Shown: positions 1 to 8,631 of the stretch, piece by piece | Position numbering within the stretch: the first letter of the stretch is position 1 | How the letters are laid out: each line of letters opens with the position of its first letter | Source of the DNA: Azolla caroliniana | Lineage: Eukaryota > Plantae > Polypodiophyta | Length of the DNA stretch: 13,049 bases | NCBI GenBank assembly: GCA_043228905.1 | Contig: JBHGNT010001002.1 | Location: forward strand, 1-13,049 | Direction: 5' to 3' | The notes under the pieces: model-generated | Told to the model about the DNA's origin: nothing | What the model saw: only the letters and a program-made list of their open reading frames with translations | The model's database searches: none | Translations under genes and position numbers: made by a program

Positions 1-22
1 TCCTTTCTGCAATATCTTGCAG

Positions 23-499
23 GTTGAGATTAAAGTTGTAAAGGATTGTCAATGTGCGATCATAAATAGTGGTGGCATCATCCAACTGCTAGATTGTGAA
101 GAAAATCGGTGCGTTCAATAGGGCTTTCTTACCTTTCATCATTAATCAAGAATTAAATAGAGCAGTTTAGCTTGGTATTTTGAATTTCACATTGTTCTGG
201 TTTGATGAGTCGCATCATATGATGACTTTCTTTGGTCTGTGTAGAAGGCCAGTCTTAGCTTCATATCTGTGAGGTTTCATTAGTTTCTGGTGATGTTAAT
301 GCTAATTGAGATTATATGACACAGAACCCGAGATTTACTGGTTTTGACTATGCGGGCATTTGTCAAAGCGGTAAGATGGTAAATGCATTTCTGACATCTT
401 TGCTGCAGATAAACTGAATCTGATGTGTTTTACACGGTTACATGAATTATAATGCAGGCTATTGATCGAAAGAGAACCAAAAAGGTTTTCTGGAAGTAA
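23..499 (+). CDS. Last three exons of an upstream tandem copy of the same A9/Ig-PH-like gene (cut by window edge)
   Basis: Exons 23-108 (VEIKVVKDCQCAIINSGGIIQLLDCEEN), 325-370 (TRDLLVLTMRAFVKA) and 458-499 (AIDRKRTKKVFWK*). Identical by eye to 11021-11106, 11323-11368 and 11456-11497, with the same splice sites. Confidence 0.88.
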
Positions 500-1150
500 A
501 GATGTGAAGTTTAATTTTTCCATCAGTGGTCTTTGGCACATAATGGACAGGGTTCTTCTATGTGCCTGTACTGTAGTTTTACCAACTTATGTACAGTTTT
601 CTTTGTACAGAATGTGTATGATTATTTTGTTATTTCGGGATCCCTACAATGATCATCATAGTCATTGAATAACTGATATTATTATTATTATTCTTTAAAT
701 AATTAGTTGTTATACTTAGTTTTCACTTTCAATCCTTTTGAATGCGAAGGTGTTTGAGTTAAGTACCTTCTGTCTATCTTTTATTCATATAAATTTGACA
801 GCTTACTCCAGAATTCAGAGGCTTTGATTGATGAACATCTTGTTCTTGGTTGTGTGGTGCTATTTCAAGTTTCGGCTGCCATGCTATTAATGGTTATTGC
901 TTGGTATTAACAAACAAGATGTTTACTCAATACCCAGAGAAGCGTAACTGGCAAAGACTTCCAAGCACTTCAATGGTAACCTCGTAACTGGCATGATAGT
1001 GTAGGATGGTGAGATTGAGAACATTTCTTATCAGGCTGATGTCAGTCCTTTTGTCCATAAAATTGTATGAAAATGTCCCTTTTGTGAACACGATATGGCA
1101 AGATATTGTATTATTAGGTTCAGCTATTGGCTAATGCTTTCCTAACATTA

Positions 1151-1424
1151 TATGCACAGCAAACCATTGAGCATAAATTACGAAGTCTTTGCTTTGGATA
1201 TATGCAGCATCGTTTTCTAGTGTTTGAATATGATATAGCTGGGTATGGTGTTAATAGATTCAGATATTGGCCAAATGCTGCATCTTCCTCATGCTTTTAT
1301 TGCTATAAGTGACTCACAATGTGTGCAGGAAACCTTTGAGCATAAATTAATATTTGATCTCATGAATTAATAACCCGAACCTTTGCTTTTGGCATATGCC
1401 TCACTACTTCTCTAGTGCTGGAAC
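1151..1424 (+). repeat. Degenerate two-unit internal repeat within block A (also at about 12149-12450)
   Basis: AAACCATTGAGCATAAATTA..CTTTGCTTTGG..TATGC..TCTAGTG.T.GAA (about 1151-1230) recurs as AAACCTTTGAGCATAAATTA..CTTTGCTTTTGG..TATGC..TCTAGTGCTGGAA (about 1320-1424). Confidence 0.8.
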
Positions 1425-2929
1425 AAACTTGTGTAATACAACATTGTATTTCAAAAATTACCTGTGAATGTGTTATGGAGTAGTTTTAACATTATGGGTA
1501 GCAGTAGTTTATAGGTATGTAAAGATGGCTCTTTCTTATCAACAGGTATGTATGTAAATTGAAATGTACAAATATTAAAAATATACTCTGATAGTCCAAA
1601 CTATCAATTGACAGTATGCTGTTTTGAACCACCAATGTTAGAGCATCGGATAATCATGATTATTTGTATTCCTAGATACAATATTCTGGCATACCAATAC
1701 ATTGTTCTCATTTCTAATCAAAATTTTTTGTCATATATTCTCCATGTTATTGATGTATTGTGAAAATCTCGGTGAGACGATTGTAGTGCTACGTTGTTGC
1801 TATCTCTTTTATATGAAATCACTTTGCATGCCTGCAGATAGGTTGAGTGGTTTTGTTTTGGTTTTCAAATTCAAATTTAAATCTTATTTCTCAGTTTTGC
1901 AAGTAAAGCTCACAGCATCAAACTCAAATTTGTACTATTGTTCTTCATAAACACGATATGAAAGTACAAACTTTGTTATGCAGGCTTCCATTCAAAGTGC
2001 TGAATCAAATATTAAGATTCTGTTTTACAAGAGATTACACGTTCTAGAATGGATGCTGATGGTTTTGTGAATACATCGAATTAAAGTCAAAAACAAAATA
2101 CGGTCAAGTATTCTGCATATTAATATCATCCATTTAAAGTAACCATTTAAGGTCAGAAGCTTCCATGGATGGGAAAGGATGATTCGCCAAAAATTTATTC
2201 AGAATCAAAACTCGCTGCAGAGCTTTCTGGCTTTGTATAAGGTTTTGGAAGCTTTGTACATTATTTCTTCGTTGCATCTTCTCGAGTATCATCTTTCGCC
2301 TGCAGGAACTTTTGAAGCATCTCACCTGCATAACATTCCATGATTGATCGACAAAAGAAGAAAAAGAAGGGATATATTATCTAAGATTGCAAAGTATCTG
2401 CTGCTTGCTTCTCAGATTAGCCACAGCCACCATGACCATTGGGTTCAACAACCATGAAGCATTGGGTCTTCTTGTTTCTGAGTGTGAGTGTGTACTCATA
2501 AGTTCACATGAAGTTATGGTTGCAACATGCTCCCATCATAAATTTCTAGGCGATTATAAATATAGCTTCTCTTTATTTATATAAAGAGTCAAGACAATAC
2601 TTTGTAGCCACCTTCGTTGGTTTCAAAAATAGAATTGAGGTTTTTTTATGGGTAGTTTTGAATTTTAGTGTTAGATAGATAGTAGGGTTAAGCGAGTCAG
2701 ACAGTTTTTGTATTTGCATTGAATGTTTTAAGCTTTAACTTAATTAGTTGCTTGTACATTGTAGAAATAATGGTTCCATTACCTCTGAGAAATACTAAAT
2801 ATTGCAAATCAAACCATTAGAGCAAAACAAATCTTTCATTTTAGCAAAAAATCCTTCTTCTTCCATAGAGGTGATCAATCACTATAGTGACGATATGCTT
2901 CTTAATATGAATAGATCTAGATTTCCTGA

Positions 2930-3525
2930 TTTTAGATAGCATGTCAAGCCTTCCAAGTGGAAAAGCTGAGTACTTCATATATGCCACAAGCACTTGCCCT
3001 ATCCTTCCACACATGTTCAATAGGGGCTTGTTAGAGAGTCTTCTCAACACATGGATCATGCACACAATTGTGCTTATCCATGAGCCAATTATCCCCTCCA
3101 ACCAATGGATTGTCAAACTATTATGATTGGTAACACACAAACCAAACTTTATAGAGTGATATTTGAAGCAAAAATCAATACCTACATTGAGGTCAAAGAG
3201 ATGCAAACCCCAATCCAAGCCTTTTCTTTCATCACCACATCCTTGCGTTACTCGCATTATGTTGCCTCGTGGAGCACTATATGACAAAGATGATCCAAAG
3301 GACATTTCCAAGAGCCCCCACCAAAAAATGATTATTGGAAACCATGGTCACCTTCCCACCAAAAGGGGGTTCACCGACAATTGCCTCAACATCAAGAACA
3401 TACCCTTTTGATGTTACACCCCTCTTCGAAATGATGCAAGACATGAGGTATTGCAGCAAGATTTTGGCTTTATATGCAAAAGACTCTAATCACACCAAGG
3501 AAGATAGACTACTACAAATATAGTT
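2930..3525 (+). mobile_element. Degenerate non-LTR retrotransposon (RTE-like LINE) reverse transcriptase fragment
   Basis: Frameshifted translation: SGKAEYFIYA..ILPHMFNRGLLESLLNTWIMHTIVLIH / DCQTIMIGNTQTKLYRVIFEAKINTYIE..QAF / HHILALLALCCLVE..TFPRA. This follows the LINE RT motif order (LFN..W..TIVPIHK, NYRTIMIG..KLY..LE, QAGF, DHI, CCFVD, DTVPR). Core is about 2941-3320; boundaries approximate. Confidence 0.72.
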
Positions 3526-3882
3526 CATGAACTTAAGCATGGATCCATAGAGAAACAAAATGACAACTCAGAATTCGCTTCAGTATGATTTACATTAAAC
3601 TGATTTTGGCCTCTGGCAGACATTTTCATCATGTTCTTTTACACTACTAATTCTCCAATTCCTATAGTTTCCCGTCTATTTTTTGGTACAAAAGAACAGA
3701 AAACTAGCTTTTATTGAATACAAACATGATACATATATCCTTAATCTTCTGTTGCAAAATGGACAAAATAAGAATCCTTTGGCCAGGAAAGGAAATGGGC
3801 AAGGTCTTATATCATATAAAATCATAGTGCATATACAACCAAATATAGGGTATACCCAAAATGCTCCTTTCTCTCTTTTGTT

Positions 3883-4260
3883 CTATAATAAGCCTGGATT
3901 GCCAAATGGGTTGTGTTGATATTGCTGTTGAGTATCGTATGGGAAATTCACAGCATACGGATTACCAAATGGATTGGATCCCAATGGCGTAGCCATAACT
4001 TGTTGTTGTTGCAATAAGTTTTGTTGTAATAGCATTGCTTGTTGTTGATGGGCCATTGCTGCCATTTGTACATTCGGTGGTGGAGCAACATTGTTAGATG
4101 CGCTAAAAGGATCCTGAACCATACCAGAATATGAATTCAATCTGGGATCAAATGGATTGTTTACTCCCCCATAGTTATTTGTTGAAGTTGAATATGGAGC
4201 ACGTCTCATTGCAGCGTCATCATATAAACTATCCAGAGTAAGTTGGTCAAATCCTCCACC
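3883..4260 (-). CDS. Terminal exon of an ANTH-domain (AP180/PICALM-like) clathrin assembly protein; upstream exons not found in window
   Basis: Pyrimidine-rich acceptor TCTCTTCCAG at 4270-4261, then GGGFDQLTLDSLYDDAAMRR..QDPFSASNNVAPPPNVQMAAMAHQQQ..NPFGNP..NPFGNPGLL*. These match the GG(F/L)DxLxLDSLYDD, DPFxAS..PP.VQMA and NPF motifs of plant ANTH C-termini. The first 28 aa of the ORF-track entry are intronic. Confidence 0.88.
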   Translation of the reverse strand, partial: GGGFDQLTLDSLYDDAAMRRAPYSTSTNNYGGVNNPFDPRLNSYSGMVQDPFSASNNVAPPPNVQMAAMAHQQQAMLLQQNLLQQQQVMATPLGSNPFGNPYAVNFPYDTQQQYQHNPFGNPGLL

Positions 4261-4435
4261 CTGGAAGAGAAGAATAGCAAGAATGAAACCAGATGGACTT
4301 GAACATAAATTGGAAATAAATCTTAAATAATGCACTCCCTGCAATGGTTTTTTTTGTTTCCTTTTAGCGTATCATCATGTTATAACAGAACTCTTACCAT
4401 CTCTTGGCAATCCAGTACGTTTTTTACCCTTCTGA

Positions 4436-5552
4436 TCAATACTAACTAAAAGAAGTCATTTGTGAGAGAGTTCATATTTGTGGGAACAGTGACACAATCT
4501 TAATAGATCTTTTTATATGCTTGAATTTTAGATATATCATGGAGTCCCATATTAGCATCTGCCAGTACCCATCTGTAGAATGTAAACGAGAGTGTAAATT
4601 TGTCTCTAAAACATGATCAGGATAAAATTCAGACACCTCTCCATTCTGGATAGACCTATGCTAGAGATCTTTCGAAGGCAAAAATTACAATATATCTGAC
4701 TTGAGAATCTTACATGTATTAATAACAAGATTCTTTAGTCTCTTTTTCTCTTATTTACTTTTTTTTTACACCGTGATTTGTTGCTCTCAAATACGAGACG
4801 AAACATAAGATGTAATCTCTCGTTTAGTCTTACAGGCCTTTTTGACTTCTTAAAATATGTTAATATTTCTTTCTTTCTTTCTCCCTCTCTCTCTCAATAT
4901 GATAAATCTGATCTCGGCCTTGAAGTTGATGTACCTAAAAATATGGCCGAAACATATTCCATAAGAGAGTGAGCCCTCTCTATCTATCTATCTCTATAGA
5001 TATATAGGGAGATGCACAAAAGTTTCTGATGGTGCCCATACAAATATGGAGAGTGCTTCATGCCATGAGAAAACCAAGTGTTGAACAAATGAAGACTAAG
5101 ATGAGAACGTAGGATAGATCCCTGTTATTTTGTTTTCCAAGTTGATAATATCAACTTGGGTCACTCTATTATTTTCCACTTTGATCAGTTTAGACGGGGG
5201 TAGTACATTTATGCTTATGCCATCTTCAGCCCCACACATCTCTTGGTAGGAATATGGCCCACTATAAGACCTTTTTTAGATACATCAGAGAATGGATTTA
5301 TCAATAGGTTCTTTTATATGGGTGTACATTTATCCAATAAGTTGTGTAGTGTGAACCAGCAGTTGCCAACTTCTTCACAACAATCAGAGATTGAGGTAGG
5401 CAAATATGCATGAATACCTCTAGAAGAAAGAAATAGTCGATTGTATCATCATGAAATGTAAAAACCACTAGATTGTCATTGTACTGTTTCTCATGAAATA
5501 AGAGGGAGATATAATTGCCTCTTTAAGGAAGCCCTAGGGGTTTTCTTGCTAG
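4436..5552 (+). mobile_element. Possible non-autonomous Helitron-like element
   Basis: Begins A|TCAATACTAACTAAAAG (5'-TC after A, resembling plant Helitron TCTATACTA..AAAAG starts). Imperfect hairpin AAGGAAGCCC-TAG-GGGTTTTCTT (5525-5547) precedes CTAG (5549-5552). No TSD. Against: CTAG is followed by A, not T, and no Rep/helicase is seen. Confidence 0.3.
4439..4949 (+). repeat. Duplicated block B, copy 1
   Basis: ATACTAACTAAAAGAAGTCATT...AAAATATGGCCG aligns to 12537-13049 with about 29 substitutions and a 2-nt CT indel (hand count). Confidence 0.97.
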
Positions 5553-6082
5553 AACTCGAGAGATAAATGGAGAAGTCGTTGAAAGACCACAATACAACCA
5601 CACAAGGTCATCAACAAAGAACAATCACAACTTTCTTTAGCCATGTCACTCTTATTCATGGTAAAAGTCAATCAAGGGCCACACAAATGAGCCCCCAACC
5701 AATACATTGCATAGGGGTTACAATAGATTGGGCAATAGAAATTTGTCGTCGGGACCGCAATCTCACCATCCTTGTCATTGGCAGATAAAAAAGCATAGGT
5801 TCTTCCCTCACTTCCAAGACCTCTCCATTTCGGATCAACCTATGCATAAAAATCTTTCAAAGACCTATGTTCATTCACAATCGGTCTCCCGTGGACGTTA
5901 AAAATATATCTATCTCTCTCCCGTGTAAATGCAATATTGCTTGCATGCAACCATCCTCTTCCATGATACTTCAGAGGAAATGCTGCAAGAACTTGATTCT
6001 GCAAAGTTGGGCTTGAGTAGGTGATTACTAGATCCTACAGATAATGCATTAAGTATGGGGGATATTTTCTGGAGGATCTGCT

Positions 6083-6527
6083 CATGGACAGGACATTTTG
6101 AGTAGTCTAGACAGATATCCACTAAAGTAGCAATTTTACTTTCCTACAGCCACACTAGTGCCTAATATACATGCTCTCTTAGTATCAGCCGAACTCATTG
6201 GTGTAGGAATGGATCATGCATAGTTATCCTTAAAGTGGCTTCATTACATCCCAACGATCTCCTTTTACATAGTATATCGTAGACAAGGAAATTGATTCGT
6301 TGAGGTAGACCAGACCCTCATGGACTAGATATTTTGAATGGTTTAAACATATATCCACTAAAGTAGTTGTTTTATTTACATTGGTTTTGCTTGCCTTCTA
6401 CATAGGCATGGCACAAGCACAGTGGATTATAGTCTGGCTACAACCACATCAGTGCCTTCTATACATGATTTCTCAGCGTCAGCCAAACCATTGGTGTAGC
6501 ACTGGATTGTGAACAATTATTCTTAAA
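6083..6527 (+). repeat. Old degenerate direct repeat, two copies (about 6083-6234 and 6319-6527)
   Basis: Shared ordered blocks CATGGAC..ATTTTGA, ATATCCACTAAAGTAG, CTACA.CCACA..AGTGCCT..TATACATG, TCAGCC.AAC..CATTGGTGTAG, TTAT.CTTAAA. The second copy has about 57 extra nt. Confidence 0.8.
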
Positions 6528-6661
6528 AAAGGACTCAACTACACTAGAAATCTAGCTCAACTGAATTAAGACCATTGTCTGGAGTACACTACGGACAACT
6601 AGATTGTTGTGGCGTACACGCTCAACTGGGACTACAATTGGTAAGAAGATCATGTTCACGT

Positions 6662-7410
6662 TGTCGCGTTGTTACGCGCGTGTGTGGAGAAAGGCAGGAC
6701 CACGGGGGTCTTGGACTAGAGAGTGATGGAGCGTAGGAAGTCGTGCTTCACTGTTTCTGGGGCATCCAAGAAACACACCGGAAGCAACCGAAGGGAGAGA
6801 GAGAGAGAGCGTGCTTAACACCGACTCACGCGCACACACACACACACGCAGACACAGCCTAACCCGACTCACGCCTTATGTATAGAAAACGCAGGAGAGG
6901 GTAAGCACCCGACGCCAACAACGACACGAATATACACAGACAAACGTATGTATGTATCAAGGGAAGAATACATTCCCGGCGTCATGCCGAACTGAGGCAG
7001 GTTACAGTAGTCGTCTGCTGTCAAGCCGCCGTCGGGGAGCTCTCAGGTCGTCGCGACGAGCGGGGTCTTGCACAGGAGGCCGAACGAAAGTAAACCCTAA
7101 GCAAAACACGTAGAAGAAGAAGAAGAAGAACCTAATTCTAAACCTAACGGTATACCCTCTAATGCAAAATGGGCAACCCTTTCACACAGGGCGTTCCCTT
7201 CCTTTTATAGAACAAGGAGAGGGATGCGTTACAATGTGGGATAAATCCTGACTTACATGGGATCGTCTGTCCCGACTTGACTACTCTTCGGCGCCATAAA
7301 GCCGCCCTCGATATTCACACTAAATGTACATGGGTGCGTACACATGCTGCACCCCGCCAACGTAGCCATTGTTTCCCGGTTTCCGCCTCTGGCCGAAATT
7401 CTTCACAACA
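6662..7410 (-). mobile_element. Probable solo LTR (749 bp)
   Basis: GC/CpG-rich island with TGT...ACA ends (TGTCGCG / CACAACA), flanked by ACGT on both sides (6658-6661, 7411-7414). TATA-like CTATAAAAGG on - strand at 7210-7201. Internal (GA)n, (CA)n and (GAA)n tracts and AAACCCTAA at 7092-7100. No PBS, PPT or gag-pol adjacent. Alternative left end at 6605 (TGTTGTG, perfect 7-bp inverted repeat but no TSD). Confidence 0.65.
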
Positions 7411-7414
7411 ACGT

Positions 7415-7680
7415 AATATGCATCAAAACAGTTGGTACCATCATGACTGCAGAGAGATGAGAGTCCCAGTTCACAGAGACATAGCTCAAATGTTGTCTGA
7501 TCTCCATCTCACTCAATGTGAAATGGGTAATTGGCAAACGGGCAATTCACCCCTCTGCCTATGCAATGTCACAGCTTGCAAAATGAAACCCCAGAATATG
7601 AATTCCATACTGTCATTGTGCGCCCCATCGCGTTCACCATCAATAACAAAGGTGATATCCATCAGAAGACTCTCATAACC
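7415..7680 (+). mobile_element. Degenerate LINE (RTE-like) ORF2 C-terminal Cys/His region, probably continuing from about 6560-6661 across the LTR
   Basis: Translation IAQMLSDLHLTQCEMGNW..LCLCN and, after a frameshift, ETPEYEFHTVIVRP resemble the IAQLR..SH.L.CETGRW..C..C..E.E.H....C tail of RTE-like ORF2. Left flank reads IKTIVW..LLW..GKK. Similarity is weak and by eye. Confidence 0.5.
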
Positions 7681-7947
7681 TCACCAAAGCCCATGTGATA
7701 ATTTTCTCATATTCAATTCAGTGGCCCATATTTGGCACAACTTTTTATTTACCTAATCTCTAAGTCGACATGCATGATCACACTAAAATAGGTAGACATG
7801 AACTTGCCTTGCAAATGTTTGTCCTTGGGAGGGCATTCAACATGATTCGTAGCTTTGACAATTGCTATCTCCAAATCCTACACAAGAAAGTTTGGATTAC
7901 AGAATACACTCCAACCAATGGAAAGTGTTCAAGAAATGCAACTGACA

Positions 7948-8207
7948 AAAGCTTTGAAATACATGCATGTACAACAAAGCCCAATTAATAGAAAGCTTTG
8001 AAAAGCCAATAAAAACATTTTATACCAGAAAAACTTTGAAATACATGCATGTACAACAAAAGCCCAAATAATAGAAAGCTTTGAAAAGACAATAAAAACA
8101 TTTTATAGCTGGAAAGCTTTGAAATACATGCATGTACAACAAAGCCCAATTAATAGAAAGCTTTGAAAAGCCAAGAAAAACATTTGATAGCAGGAAAGCT
8201 TTGAAAT
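7948..8207 (+). repeat. 82-83 bp tandem repeat, three full copies plus start of a fourth
   Basis: Units start at about 7948, 8030, 8113 and 8195. Consensus AAAGCTTTGAAATACATGCATGTACAACAAAGCCCAATTAATAGAAAGCTTTGAAAAGCCAATAAAAACATTTTATA. Degenerate (G/C)TTTGAAA copies continue to about 8545. Confidence 0.95.
7960..8136. promoter_or_regulatory. Three RY elements (CATGCATG inside the palindrome TACATGCATGTA), each followed by a site II-like AGCCCA, 500-670 bp upstream of the ATG
   Basis: TACATGCATGTA at 7960-7971, 8042-8053 and 8125-8136; a further CATGCATG at 7769-7776. The motifs are directly visible; function is inferred. Confidence 0.4.
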
Positions 8208-8631
8208 GTTAACCAAATTATCTAAAATGCTTTGAAAAATTGCACTACTCACAAAAGAAATTCAACAAAATGGGAAGCTTTGAAATGGTAGAAAAAAGGT
8301 TTTGAAGTAAAGAAATGTTTGGATGTACAAACAAATCGAAAATATTTTACGAGAAAACGCAAAGGTTGGATTTAAAATAGGGGATTTTTTTAAATGGAAA
8401 GGTTTGAAATAGTAGAAACACATTTCAAAGGTTGGTCTTCCTTATTATTATGGAAAGCTTGAAATAGACAATATATATATGGTTTATTGATTTTACAACA
8501 AGAAAAACAAAAGGAAAGTTTGGCGAGAACAATTTCTTTGAAAGGCTCTACGCAGACTCGGCTGAGTAGCTCCTCCACCAGCCATTACTCTCACTTTGAG
8601 CTTCCTTCAACGAAGAATAAAGCAGCAGAAT

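Larger units (their letters stand above)
1..1513 (+). repeat. Tandem duplication block A, copy 1 (gene 3' end and downstream flank)
   Basis: Aligns to 10999-12539 at offset 10,998, shifting to 11,026 after a 28-nt indel. ORFs 335-541 and 462-668 recur at 11333-11539 and 11460-11666. Confidence 0.98.

Noticed and set aside
335-668. ORFs 335-541 (-) and 462-668 (+), and their twins at 11333-11666
   Set aside because: Antisense or out-of-frame overlaps of real exons and the 3' UTR; identity between copies reflects DNA duplication only.
2134-2500. Minus-strand small ORFs or exon-like stretch (MECYAGEMLQKFLQAKDD..; hydrophobic SLLFLLLS; KVPAGER)
   Set aside because: No consistent frame or splice model; the similarity to CLE or secreted peptides is too weak.
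2841-3311. 156-aa minus-strand ORF
   Set aside because: Antisense to the degenerate LINE RT fragment; no convincing motif.
5560-5800. Possible L1-type RT remnant (RTITT.., IDWAIE..LTIL..KKA)
   Set aside because: Only scattered residues across frameshifts; needs a BLASTx or HMM search before it can be called.
6605-6661. Alternative LTR left end with a perfect TGTTGTG/CACAACA inverted repeat
   Set aside because: Flanks (TAGAT vs ACGTA) give no TSD, and 6605-6661 reads as a continuation of the LINE remnant. Disfavoured but not excluded.
7277-7678. 133-aa ORF as a genuine gene
   Set aside because: TTG-started frame crossing the LTR/LINE junction; a chimera of TE remnants.
7948-8300. CRISPR-like alternation of AAAGCTTTGAAA with about 30-nt spacers
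   Set aside because: The spacers themselves repeat in an A-B-A-B pattern, the repeat is only 12 nt, no cas genes are present and the context is eukaryotic; it is an ordinary minisatellite.
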